Assembly: GCA_964486045.1 (NCBI GenBank)
Contig: CAZALK010000021.1
Span: forward strand, 8,684-72,683
Direction: 5' to 3'
Length of the DNA stretch: 64,000 nucleotides
DNA from: an uncultured archaeon
Lineage (GTDB): Archaea; Asgardarchaeota; Lokiarchaeia; Sigyniarchaeales; SOKP01
The notes beneath the pieces were generated by a model, which worked only from the letters and a program-made list of their open reading frames with translations, was not told the origin of the DNA and did not search any database. Shown here in pieces: positions 27,003 through 36,860 of this stretch (position 1 is its first letter; each line of letters begins with the position of its first letter). The translations under genes and the position numbers were made by a program.

Positions 27003-28517
27003 TTATTTATTTTGTTCTATGTTTATTGGAAGGGTAAAATAAAAGGTAGAACCTTTATTTCTTCCTTCAGATTCGACCCATATCTTTCCTCCATGTAATT
27101 CTACAATCTTTTTTGAAATGTATAATCCAAGACCAGACCCATCGGATACTATATTTAATCCTTGCCCATACCTTTCAATTTTTCCGAATTGCTCAAACAA
27201 CCTCCCTTTTTCCTCCTTAGTGAAACCGATTCCATTATCCTTAATTGAAACTAAAAAAGAATTATCCTGAATTTCAGATTTAATATCAATTCTGCCATTT
27301 ATTGGAGTATACTTAATTGCATTAGTAATTAGGTTCGATAACACTTGATGAATTTGTTCCTTTTCAAAGTTAGATATTAATTCTTCATGAATTTGTAAAT
27401 CCACTGAATGATTACGTAATTTTATAAAACCACGTAATTCGTTGACGCAAAATCTGATTAAGAAAGATAAGTCTTCTTCTGTTTTTTTTAATTGAACAGA
27501 TTTAGTATCAAGTTCTGCTGTTTTCAAAATATCTCGAATCAAATTCTCCAATCTGACGCATCCTTGATTAATTTCTCCAATTGTACTTAGGATATAATCA
27601 TCAAGATTATCACTATATAATTCTAATAAAAGACTTGAGAAACCCTTGATAGATACTAAAGGAGTTTTTAACTCATGAGAAGTTCTTCTTAATAATTCAG
27701 ATTTTATTTTATTTAATTTTTTTAATTCTTGTTCTGCTTCTTTAATTGTCGTAATATTTTGGCTGATCACTTGAATTATTACTTTATCACCTAATTTAAT
27801 TAGAGAAGCATACAAATAAATCCAAATTAAACTTCCATCCTTGTTGTAAACTTGGATTTCCTGTGGTTCTGAAGTACCATTTTTTATTAAATTTTTAAAT
27901 CCTTTTGCGACTATAGGTAAATACCTTTCAGGAATAGCAGAGAGTTCTGTAAAGGGTTTACCAATAAGATCCTTTTTACTATATCCTGCTCCTACTTCAT
28001 GAGCACGATTTACATCTATTATCTTTCCAGTCATATCAACCAAACCAACAGCGAATGGAGAATTATCAAAAAGTGCCCGGTATTTTTGTTCTGACTCTCG
28101 TAATGCATCCTCCGCTTGTTTTTTTGTTGTAATATCCGTAATAATATGAACTGCTCCTATGAGCTGACCTTCTGTATCACCAAAAACAGGATCTACAGAA
28201 ATTTCGAGCCATTTTCCATCCAAATTTTTGATAGAAGTTTCTTTGTGACCTGAAGTCCGCATCTGTGACATAGGACACCAATCAACTAGTTGGTTAGTAC
28301 CATGAACGAGTTCCCAACATTTATGACCAATTATTTCATTAAAATCTGATATCCCTAAGAACTCCAAGGTTGCATTATTACATAGTAGAATTTTATGATC
28401 CATATCAATAAGGAAAACAACTTCACTCATAGCATCAATAGTAGTCCTCCATTGAGTTATATTAAGTTTTAGCGATAATATTTTATAATTATTAGACTTA
28501 TCTTCTGAATTTTCCAC
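27003..28517 (-). CDS. PAS-domain sensor histidine kinase (paralog family A)
   Basis: 504-aa ORF with two PAS modules, the HisKA H-box TSHELKTPLVSIKGF, and HATPase_c (NAIKYTP, DNGIGF, GSGLGLYISKKIVELHGGKIWVESEGRNKGSTFYFTLP). Confidence 0.85.
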   Translation of the reverse strand: MENSEDKSNNYKILSLKLNITQWRTTIDAMSEVVFLIDMDHKILLCNNATLEFLGISDFNEIIGHKCWELVHGTNQLVDWCPMSQMRTSGHKETSIKNLDGKWLEISVDPVFGDTEGQLIGAVHIITDITTKKQAEDALRESEQKYRALFDNSPFAVGLVDMTGKIIDVNRAHEVGAGYSKKDLIGKPFTELSAIPERYLPIVAKGFKNLIKNGTSEPQEIQVYNKDGSLIWIYLYASLIKLGDKVIIQVISQNITTIKEAEQELKKLNKIKSELLRRTSHELKTPLVSIKGFSSLLLELYSDNLDDYILSTIGEINQGCVRLENLIRDILKTAELDTKSVQLKKTEEDLSFLIRFCVNELRGFIKLRNHSVDLQIHEELISNFEKEQIHQVLSNLITNAIKYTPINGRIDIKSEIQDNSFLVSIKDNGIGFTKEEKGRLFEQFGKIERYGQGLNIVSDGSGLGLYISKKIVELHGGKIWVESEGRNKGSTFYFTLPINIEQNK

Positions 28518-28586
28518 GTTATGTTTACCCTAATATATTTCCAATCAAAAATTTAATCAAAAAGTATTAAAAATATAAGATATATC

Positions 28587-28601
28587 ATATTTAACCGTTT
28601 G
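28587..28601 (-). promoter_or_regulatory. TATA-containing upstream motif shared by the three paralogous PAS kinases (weakest copy)
   Basis: The plus strand reads atatttaaccgtttg, so the sense strand contains TTAAATA. It lies 71-77 nt upstream of the start at 28517. See 36623..36655 and 41591..41623. Confidence 0.3.
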
Positions 28602-29088
28602 TACTTTACTCTATAATAATTTTAAAGATTTCTAAAACCAGCTCTAAGGAAATATACAAATGTGTCATAATTTAGAATAGAAATCTGTTTAAATAATCAA
28701 ATGATAATAAATGGTGTAGATTTGAAAATTACCTAAAATTTATTAAAAAAGATAAAGAATCTAGTATTATGGTTTTAAATAAAACTACGACCGTTCTAAC
28801 AATAAAGACATCATTTTCTTTATTAGATCTGCTGGCAGTTTTATTATTATAAGCGAAATAATCCATGTTATCTCGTTCTTTTAAATTTTTCATGGGTTTT
28901 TACGCTAAGAATCAAACGTTTAAATGAACGTGATAAAAGGTGTTGAAATTAATCCAATAACAAATACTAAAAATAATGAGAATAACCTTAACGAGGGAGT
29001 AGAAAAATGTATAATCCTCAAGAAAAAAAACCAAAGGTAAAAAAAATGGGAACATGCGAAAACAAGCAAAAAAGGAGCGCAAACTTAG

Positions 29089-31944
29089 ATGAATCAAAGC
29101 ACATACAATTATAAGAAAAGTGAGAAAAAATGGCAGAAAAAATGGGCCGAAGCAGGTCTATTTGAGGCAGATAAAGATGATAGAGAAAAATATTTCATCA
29201 ATTTCCCTTTCCCTTATTTGAATGGAGCTCCGCATTTAGGTCATGGTTATAGTTTACTGAAAGCGGAAGTAATGGCTAGATTTCAAAGAATGATGGGGAA
29301 AAATGTATTGTTTCCATTCGCTTTTCATGCAACTGGTGAACCCATCGTAGGTGTTGCAAAAAGAATCAAAGCAGGTGATGAATCTCAAATTAGAGCTTTA
29401 AAGATATCAGGAGTCTCTGAAAAAGAAATTCTAAAATTTAAAGATCCCGAATACATTGTTAATTATTTCAAAAACAAATGGATTGAGGCAACAACGACAT
29501 TAGGATTGGCTATCGACTGGCGCAGGCAATTTGTAACAACACAATTAACTCCAACATTTTCAAAATTTGTAGAATGGCAATATAGGAAATTAAAAAAAGA
29601 TGGTTATGTAGTTCAAGGATCCCATCCTGTAATTTGGTGTCCAGCAGATCAAAATCCAACCGGAGATCATGATCGATTGGAAGGAGAAGGGGCTCGTGTA
29701 GTGGATTTTATTGTTATTAAATTTTATTCTAAGGAACACGATGCTTTTTTCCTACCTGCTACTTTGAGACCTGAAACAACTTATGGCGTCACTAATATGT
29801 TTGTGCATCCTGAAGCGTCATATGTTAAAGTAACCATCAATGGTGAAAAAGTTATTATATCAAAAGATGTTGTAATTAAGTTTAAAGATCAGCAATTTGA
29901 AGTTGGAGATATTGAAGAAGTAGCAACTAGCGAACTAATTGGGACATATCTTACTAATCCAGTTAATAATGATCAGGTTATAGTCTTACCTGGTGATTTT
30001 ATAGATACAGCTGGTTCAACTGGGGTTGTTATGTCAGTACCTGCGCATGCACCTATGGATTGGATTACTTTGAAAAATTTACAGGATAATCCTGATAGTT
30101 TGAAAATTTGGGGTATTGGTCAGGATGAATTGACATCAATCAAACCAATTGCCTTGATCAAAGTAGAGGGATATGGTGAATTTCCTGCTGGTGAGGAAAT
30201 CGAAAATCGTAATATCACTTCTCGTGATGATCCGGATGTAAAAGAAGCAACTAGAAAAGTTTACCGAAAAGAACATAATTCTGGGAAACTGCTTGCAATA
30301 ACTGGAAAATACAAAGATATGACGGTAGAGTCAGTAAAAGACAAGATCATTGATGATTTTATTAACGATAATTTTGCATTCATTTTAAAAGAACCCGGAG
30401 AACCTGTTGTTTGCAGGTGTGGTACTAGAAATCATGTTAAATATCTAGAAAACCAGTGGTTTTTGAAATTCTCAGATACTGAGTGGAAAGACAAAACTCA
30501 CAAATTGTTGGATGAAATGGATGTTTTCCCAACTGAAGCTCGAAAAGCATTCCACAATACAGTTGATTGGTTAGAAAATAAAGCGTGTGCCCGCAGATCT
30601 GGTTTAGGAACCCCCATGCCCTGGGATACTGGTTGGATAATAGAAACTTTGTCAGATTCAGTCATCTATATGGCGTATTATATCATTTCCAAATATGTCA
30701 ATGATGGACGGTTCACATTAGAATACTCAACTGATGAGGTATTTGAGTTCATATTATTGGGTAGTGGTGATCCAAAAATTATTAGTGATGAAGTTGGTAT
30801 TAATCACTCATTGTTAGAAGAAATTCGAGAAGAATTAGTTTATTTCTATCCTTTTAATTTAAGAACATCAGGTAAGGATTTACTAACAAATCATTTGACT
30901 TTTATGTTAATGCATCACACCGCAATTTTTCAAGAAGAGTTTTGGCCGTTGGGTGTTGCTGTTAATGGTTATGTAGCAATCGATAGTGTAAAAATGTCTA
31001 AAAGGCTGGGAAACTTCAAAACTATTGAAGATATTGTCAAAGCATTTGGAGTAGATGCAACAAGATTGGGGTTCTTGATCGCTGGAGAGGGATTAAAAGA
31101 TGCTTCTTTCTCTTTAGGTGAGGCTGAAAGTTATGTCAAATGGATCCAGAACTTGTATGAAATGGCTTTAGAGGATGTAGACGATGAAGAAGAAAAACAA
31201 ATTGACCAATGGTTAGTTTCACGTATTCAAAAACAAATTGGGACAACTCTAAATTCCCTTTCCAAATTGAACACGAGAAGTGCTTTTCAATCAGCATATC
31301 ATAAAACTCTGCAGGATATCCGTTGGTATTTGAAAAGGCGAGGATCAAAAGGTCCAGCATATTCATATGCCCTGGAAACTATTATTTTGCTAGTTTGTCC
31401 TTTCATTCCCCATGTCGTTGAAGAAATTTGGGCTATTAAAGGAAATTCAGGTTTTGCATCAAATGCTTCATTTCCTACTGTTGATAAAACTAAAATCATC
31501 AAGGATTCAGAATATGCTGAAAAATTCTTAAGTTCATTTATTGATGACATAAAAAATTTGAAAAGTTTCTTGTTAGAAAAGGAAAATAAACAATTGGAAA
31601 AAATTGAAGTGTTTATTGCTCCAAAATGGATGTATCCAATTTACTCTGAAGCACGTGAAAATGGGTTGAATGACTTAGTTAAGCGAATAATGCAAAATCC
31701 TAACATACGAAAAATTGGAAAAGGTGCAGTTAAATATGCTCAAGATTTAGTGAAAGATGGAGCACCTCCTGATTTTCCATGGAGCCATTCAGCTGCAATC
31801 CAAATCCTGAATGAAGCAAAAGAATACATTGAGAAGCAAGTAAATGCATCAATTGAGATTTTCGAAGCTGAAAATTCATCTCATAGAAAAGCAAAAGCAG
31901 CAATACCTAGGAGACCAGGTATCAACTTTATTTTGAGGTTATAA
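29089..31944 (+). CDS. leuS: Leucyl-tRNA synthetase, archaeal/eukaryal type
   Basis: 951-aa ORF. It has FPFPYLNGAPHLGHGYS (HIGH), FPFAFHATGEPI (archaeal-type rather than the bacterial GWDAFGLPAE) and the KMSKS motif VKMSKRLGN. Confidence 0.9.
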   Translation: MNQSTYNYKKSEKKWQKKWAEAGLFEADKDDREKYFINFPFPYLNGAPHLGHGYSLLKAEVMARFQRMMGKNVLFPFAFHATGEPIVGVAKRIKAGDESQIRALKISGVSEKEILKFKDPEYIVNYFKNKWIEATTTLGLAIDWRRQFVTTQLTPTFSKFVEWQYRKLKKDGYVVQGSHPVIWCPADQNPTGDHDRLEGEGARVVDFIVIKFYSKEHDAFFLPATLRPETTYGVTNMFVHPEASYVKVTINGEKVIISKDVVIKFKDQQFEVGDIEEVATSELIGTYLTNPVNNDQVIVLPGDFIDTAGSTGVVMSVPAHAPMDWITLKNLQDNPDSLKIWGIGQDELTSIKPIALIKVEGYGEFPAGEEIENRNITSRDDPDVKEATRKVYRKEHNSGKLLAITGKYKDMTVESVKDKIIDDFINDNFAFILKEPGEPVVCRCGTRNHVKYLENQWFLKFSDTEWKDKTHKLLDEMDVFPTEARKAFHNTVDWLENKACARRSGLGTPMPWDTGWIIETLSDSVIYMAYYIISKYVNDGRFTLEYSTDEVFEFILLGSGDPKIISDEVGINHSLLEEIREELVYFYPFNLRTSGKDLLTNHLTFMLMHHTAIFQEEFWPLGVAVNGYVAIDSVKMSKRLGNFKTIEDIVKAFGVDATRLGFLIAGEGLKDASFSLGEAESYVKWIQNLYEMALEDVDDEEEKQIDQWLVSRIQKQIGTTLNSLSKLNTRSAFQSAYHKTLQDIRWYLKRRGSKGPAYSYALETIILLVCPFIPHVVEEIWAIKGNSGFASNASFPTVDKTKIIKDSEYAEKFLSSFIDDIKNLKSFLLEKENKQLEKIEVFIAPKWMYPIYSEARENGLNDLVKRIMQNPNIRKIGKGAVKYAQDLVKDGAPPDFPWSHSAAIQILNEAKEYIEKQVNASIEIFEAENSSHRKAKAAIPRRPGINFILRL

Positions 31945-32042
31945 GGTTTAAATATTCGAAGGCTGTATTCTCAAAAATTCTTAGGAAATCCTTAAAAGCT
32001 GATTAATCTTTAGAAGAACATAACATAATCTAATGAGTCTAC

Positions 32043-33236
32043 TCACAACTTATTTTTTTGTATAGTCTTTAAAATATCTAAGTATTTAATAACATCTCTC
32101 GTATCACTTTTACCTATACAGAAATCTAATTGTTTAGTAAAATAATTGTTAATAAGTTTCAATTGGGGGCTTGAAATTATAAATTTTGAACCATCTTCTA
32201 TTTGTTTGTCTATTACAGAATCTTTTTCTGCCTCAATATTAGTGTTGATAATTTGAAGAGCGATCCACTCAAAAACACTCTCAATGTTTTCATTGGTTTT
32301 AGCTGAAGTCTCCATATAATAAACCTCTAATTCTTTAGCTAAATCCATTCCTTCTTTGGCAGAAACTTCTCTAATATCACTTAAATCTACCTTATTTCCT
32401 ACAAGGATTAAAATAGTTTTGGGTAAAGCAACCCTCTTTATAATATCATACCATTTTCTTACATTTTCAAATGATTCTCTGCTTGTCATATCATAAACAA
32501 TTATTCCTGCGCGTGAATCAGTTAAATAATCCGGCCACAAGCGTTGGAATTGGTTTTGTCCTGCTAAATCCCATATCATGAATTTTACAGAAATTTTTAA
32601 TTCCTTGAATTCACATTCTTTTTTAGTTATAAACGTTCCGATTGTTGCTTTATAATCACCTTTAAATATATCATGGACATATCTTTGAGCCATACTTGTT
32701 TTTCCTACTCCTCCATCACCGATAAGGCTAAGTTTGTAAACATAGTCAGGAGAATGTGATTTTTTCTGATAATAGTCTAATTTATGTTTTAGTTTTTCCA
32801 CTTCTGTATCCCTTCTAATTTTAGGAATGACGGGACTAACCGGTAATTCCCCATCAATAATCCGTGCTACTTTGTCGGCTGCTAAATATGTATACGGAAA
32901 AACATCATCAATGAAAGTTGCTGGGCTTAGAATTGAAACCAACACATTCTCTGAGCCGGCTTCGCAAAATATAAAACGATACTTGTCTGTATCAAATGTT
33001 CCTGCTCCAAAAGTTCCTAAATCAAAATCTTGAGTGATTTTTTTAAGAATTAATTCAACCAAAGAGCTAAATGCTCCTACAAATTTTTTTTCATCTATTT
33101 CTTCAGAATCTCTTGTTAAAATATCAACAACTAGACCTTCATTCCCTACGACTAAAACTGAGATTAAAGACTCTCCCACTTCTTGCATATACCATTTAAA
33201 TAGAGCTAATAGTTTCTCTTTATCGATGTAAGTCAT
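32043..33236 (-). CDS. Roadblock/LC7-like domain fused to a Ras/Rab-like small GTPase
   Basis: 397-aa ORF. All five G motifs are present: G1 LIGDGGVGKTS, G2 YKATIGT, G3 WDLAGQ, G4 GNKVDL, G5 ETSAK. The N-terminal ~130 aa (LISVLVVGNEGLVVDIL...FVGAFSSLVELILK...YRFIFCEAGSENVLVSIL) has a Roadblock/MglB-like pattern. There is a C-terminal extension of ~70 aa. Confidence 0.8.
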   Translation of the reverse strand: MTYIDKEKLLALFKWYMQEVGESLISVLVVGNEGLVVDILTRDSEEIDEKKFVGAFSSLVELILKKITQDFDLGTFGAGTFDTDKYRFIFCEAGSENVLVSILSPATFIDDVFPYTYLAADKVARIIDGELPVSPVIPKIRRDTEVEKLKHKLDYYQKKSHSPDYVYKLSLIGDGGVGKTSMAQRYVHDIFKGDYKATIGTFITKKECEFKELKISVKFMIWDLAGQNQFQRLWPDYLTDSRAGIIVYDMTSRESFENVRKWYDIIKRVALPKTILILVGNKVDLSDIREVSAKEGMDLAKELEVYYMETSAKTNENIESVFEWIALQIINTNIEAEKDSVIDKQIEDGSKFIISSPQLKLINNYFTKQLDFCIGKSDTRDVIKYLDILKTIQKNKL

Positions 33237-33432
33237 TATACTATGCCCAGTGGTTTTATAAGTTTCTACATTGTCTTACAAAAAACAGTTTTTATTTTAA
33301 TTAGAATAATAATAAAGTTTGAATATTTTAATTCTTTTAAATGGAAAATGACAAAAAAAGTTAAAAACAATTTATACAGCAAGGACTTTAAACCGTAATT
33401 TACATTTCTTAAACAATTGTTTAATATTAATT

Positions 33433-36400
33433 CTATAGTATTGGTAAAGAGAAAAAAAACGTGCATCCTTTATTCTTCCCTTCAGATTCCACCCAAATGT
33501 TTCCTCCATGAAGCTCAACGATCTTTTTAGAAATATAGAGGCCCAACCCGGAACCTTCGGATATCACATCTAATCCTTTTCCATATCGTTCTATTTTACC
33601 AAATTTCTTAAAGATTTTTGTTATTTCCTCTTCAGTTAAACCTATACCATTATCTTTCACTGAAATTATATACAAATTTTCCCTTATTTCTGAGTTAATT
33701 TTAATTATGCCTTTAGGTGGTGTATATTTAATTGAGTTGCTCAATAAATTCATCAGCACCTCGTAGATTCTTTCTTTTTCAAATCGAGTTATCATCGAGT
33801 CTTGAATTTCTAAGATTAGTTCATGATTTCTATTAGCTACTAATCCTTGTAAATCATTTAAACAAAACCTTATTAAAAAAGATAAATTTTCTTTGGATTT
33901 GTTTAACCCCATTTCTCCAGACTCTAACTTAGAAGTCTTTAAAAGATCCTTTATTAAAGATTCAAGTCGAAAACACCCTGATTTTATCTCATGTAAAATA
34001 GAGATCGTATAAAAATCAAATTCTTCTAATCTTTGTTGTAACAACAAATCTGCATAACCCTTTATTGAAACTAATGGTGTTTTTAATTCGTGTGAGGTTC
34101 TGCTAAGAAGGTCTGATTTAAGTCTATTTATTTCTTTTAAATTTTCTTCCACTTCCTTTTGATTAGTAATATCTACCATTGACGATAGTATGGCCTTCTT
34201 ATTTAGATAAATTATTGGTTTTGAATGAATTTCAACCCATTTTATTTTCCCTGATTTAGTCAAAATTCTACAGCTATACTTAAAAGCAGTATCATAATCA
34301 CCAAATTGTCTTTCTCTTAGTAATTTCATTATAAATGGTAGATCATCTTGGTGTATAATTTTTGTAGCTTCTTCAGCAGACCAGGAAAAAATTTCTTCAA
34401 TAGAATATTCAATAATATTTGATACGGCTAAATTTGAAAAAATTATTTTTCCATCAAAAGTAATTGTAATACCTAATGATGATTGTTCAGCGATTGTTCT
34501 GAATTTATCTTCTGATTCGCTTAATTTTTCTTCAGCTTTCTTGCGTTCGGTAATGTCTTGAAACGAATTAATATACTTTACTTCCACTCCTATGGTTTGA
34601 GCTGCAGAACTCATGGAAAGCCACATCCTGGAACCATCAGTGCGTTTTGAAAGGAATTCAAAGTCTTTTACATACCCATTCTTTTCAAGTAATTTAACGA
34701 AAAGGTCTCTTTCTTCTTCATAATAATAGAAATCTCTTGCGGGTGTTTGTAACATTTGTTCTTTAGAGGTGTATCCAAACATTTTTACTGCTTCTGAATT
34801 GGTTTCAAGAATCTTTCCTTCAGGACTACTAATAGAAATACCAACAGGTACTGCTTCCATGAGAGTCTTTAACTTATGCTCAGATATACGAACTTCCTCT
34901 TCCATATTCTTCTGTTCAGTTATGTCGTTGGAAAAACCAATAATTCCGGAAACATTTCCTTTTTCATTCATGATAGGAATCTTACTAGTTAGAACCCACT
35001 TTCTTCCTTCAGCTGTATCCCATGGTTCAACAATGTTTAGTTTAGATTTACCTGTTTTAATAACCTCTAAATCATCATCCCAATATGCTTGAGCTTCCTG
35101 TTTTGGATAAAGATCGAACAAACTTCTGCCCATTAACTCCTCTTTAGATTTATTGTGCGCATCAGCTAGATATTTATTTACTCGAATGAAATTATTTTGA
35201 GAATCTTTATAAAATAGCAGTCCAGGGATATGATCTAAGATCATTTCCATTTCTTTGCTTAATTCTTTATATTTCTTTTCTGAATCTCTTAATTTTTGTT
35301 CTGATATTTTTTTTTCATTAATATCTTCGATTATCGCTATAAAATATTTCGGCTCTCCCGAAGGTTCTCTCACAAGAGATCCAGTAAGATTAATCCATAC
35401 TATAGAGTTATCCTTACAAATATATCTCTTTTCCATTGAAAATCTCTGGATTTTATTATCTAAAACTTGGGAAACGTATTCTAAATCTTCATCAAGGTCT
35501 TTTGGGTGGGTTATCTCTTGAAAAGTTAAATTAATCAGTTCTTCATATGAATATTTTACAATGTCACAGAGCCGTTGGTTTACTCTTAGAAAAGTACCAT
35601 TTATAGTAGTGTGTGCAATACCAACGGGAGCTAGTTCAAAGGTTGATCGAAATCGTTCCTCACTTTCGATAAGGGCTTTCTCAGATCGTTTTCTTTCGGA
35701 AATCTCTCGTACTATTGTTAAAGCCATGTTCTTACCATTAAGCCAAAAAAGATGAGAACTTGCTTCTACGTCTATTTTTTCACCATTTTTTTTTATATCC
35801 ACCGTCTCGAAAGTTAGATCTCCTTTTTCACGAAGTGTTTTGGGTACTTTTAAGGTTTTATTTAAATGAGTTGGTTCATTTAAATCGTACGGAGTCATTT
35901 TTAGTAGTTCTTCATTATTGTAACCAAACATTTGACAAGCTTTTTCATTTACTTTAATGAACTTTCCCAGATTATTATCATCATAAATTTCATGCAAAAA
36001 AATAGCATCATTAGCGTTCTCAAAAAGCATCCGGAATTCTTCTTCTGATATTTCTAATTCTTCCGTTCTTTCTATTATTTTTTGCTCTAGGTTTTTATTT
36101 AAATGTTGCAGTTTTTCTTTCGAATCAATTAACTTCTGCTCTGCATTTTTACGAGAAGTTATATCTTGGACTTGAACAAGGTAATTACTAATGGTCTCCA
36201 TGTTGTTGAGAAATAACGGAGTGATTAATACATCAAGATAAATCTTGCCCGATTTAGTAGTGTTGTATAAATTCTGACTTTTTACTAAATCAAAATCAAA
36301 TATACTTTCATATCTTATAGTTTTATGTTGTTTCAATTTAAGAAGATATTCAGGAGGTATATTTGGGTCACTAAATAAATCAAATCCCTTTATTTTATCC

Positions 36401-36555
36401 TTATTTTGAACACCAAATAATTCCATACATGAGTGATTCACATCAAATAATTTTCCATTAGAATCAAAGAGTTCAATCCCTATTGGAGAATCATCATAAA
36501 TAGCTTCAAATATATTTTTAGCTCTTTTTCCATCATACTTGTTTGATTCAATCAA
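33433..36555 (-). CDS. Multi-PAS sensor histidine kinase (paralog family A)
   Basis: 1040-aa ORF with a TTG start. It has about 6-7 PAS/PAC modules separated by coiled-coil linkers (D(I/V)T(E/S)RK...E.KL..SE..(F/Y)R), the H-box TSHELKTPLVSIKGY, and HATPase_c (NSIKYTP, DNGIGL, GSGLGLYISKKIVELHGGNIWVESEGKNKG). Confidence 0.85.
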   Translation of the reverse strand: MIESNKYDGKRAKNIFEAIYDDSPIGIELFDSNGKLFDVNHSCMELFGVQNKDKIKGFDLFSDPNIPPEYLLKLKQHKTIRYESIFDFDLVKSQNLYNTTKSGKIYLDVLITPLFLNNMETISNYLVQVQDITSRKNAEQKLIDSKEKLQHLNKNLEQKIIERTEELEISEEEFRMLFENANDAIFLHEIYDDNNLGKFIKVNEKACQMFGYNNEELLKMTPYDLNEPTHLNKTLKVPKTLREKGDLTFETVDIKKNGEKIDVEASSHLFWLNGKNMALTIVREISERKRSEKALIESEERFRSTFELAPVGIAHTTINGTFLRVNQRLCDIVKYSYEELINLTFQEITHPKDLDEDLEYVSQVLDNKIQRFSMEKRYICKDNSIVWINLTGSLVREPSGEPKYFIAIIEDINEKKISEQKLRDSEKKYKELSKEMEMILDHIPGLLFYKDSQNNFIRVNKYLADAHNKSKEELMGRSLFDLYPKQEAQAYWDDDLEVIKTGKSKLNIVEPWDTAEGRKWVLTSKIPIMNEKGNVSGIIGFSNDITEQKNMEEEVRISEHKLKTLMEAVPVGISISSPEGKILETNSEAVKMFGYTSKEQMLQTPARDFYYYEEERDLFVKLLEKNGYVKDFEFLSKRTDGSRMWLSMSSAAQTIGVEVKYINSFQDITERKKAEEKLSESEDKFRTIAEQSSLGITITFDGKIIFSNLAVSNIIEYSIEEIFSWSAEEATKIIHQDDLPFIMKLLRERQFGDYDTAFKYSCRILTKSGKIKWVEIHSKPIIYLNKKAILSSMVDITNQKEVEENLKEINRLKSDLLSRTSHELKTPLVSIKGYADLLLQQRLEEFDFYTISILHEIKSGCFRLESLIKDLLKTSKLESGEMGLNKSKENLSFLIRFCLNDLQGLVANRNHELILEIQDSMITRFEKERIYEVLMNLLSNSIKYTPPKGIIKINSEIRENLYIISVKDNGIGLTEEEITKIFKKFGKIERYGKGLDVISEGSGLGLYISKKIVELHGGNIWVESEGKNKGCTFFFSLPIL

Positions 36556-36622
36556 AATTTCTCATCCCCTTTTCAATTTTGAATTGAAGGAGGTACTATA
36601 ATTGCAAATCTTATACCAATAT

Positions 36623-36655
36623 CTAACAAAAGAAGTTGTATTTAATCGTTTGGTT
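36623..36655 (-). promoter_or_regulatory. Conserved 33-nt upstream motif containing a TATA-like TTAAATA (sense strand)
   Basis: ctaacaaaagaagttgtatttaatcgtttggtt matches 41591..41623 at 28 of 33 positions. The TATA-like heptamer sits 84-90 nt upstream of the start codon in both genes. Confidence 0.4.
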
Positions 36656-36860
36656 TACTAAACTATCACATTATGTTTAAAAAATGTTTAATTTATTCTT
36701 TAACTCTTAATAGTGAAAATTCAATACAAATAATTTAGAAATGAAAAAATGGAATTGAGCTTGTAATTAAATTAAAATAAAAAAAACCTACCATGATTGT
36801 TTAAAGAGTAGAAAATTTATCTCATTCTAATGAAATATTTTTGTAATAATTATCCATTTA

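Noticed and set aside
29007-29114. A Lys-rich 35-codon upstream ORF overlapping the leuS start in another frame. This raised the question of a possible leader peptide.
   Set aside because: A-rich leaders readily give Lys-rich ORFs by chance. I can see no Leu-codon run of the kind expected for attenuation and no associated terminator/antiterminator structure.
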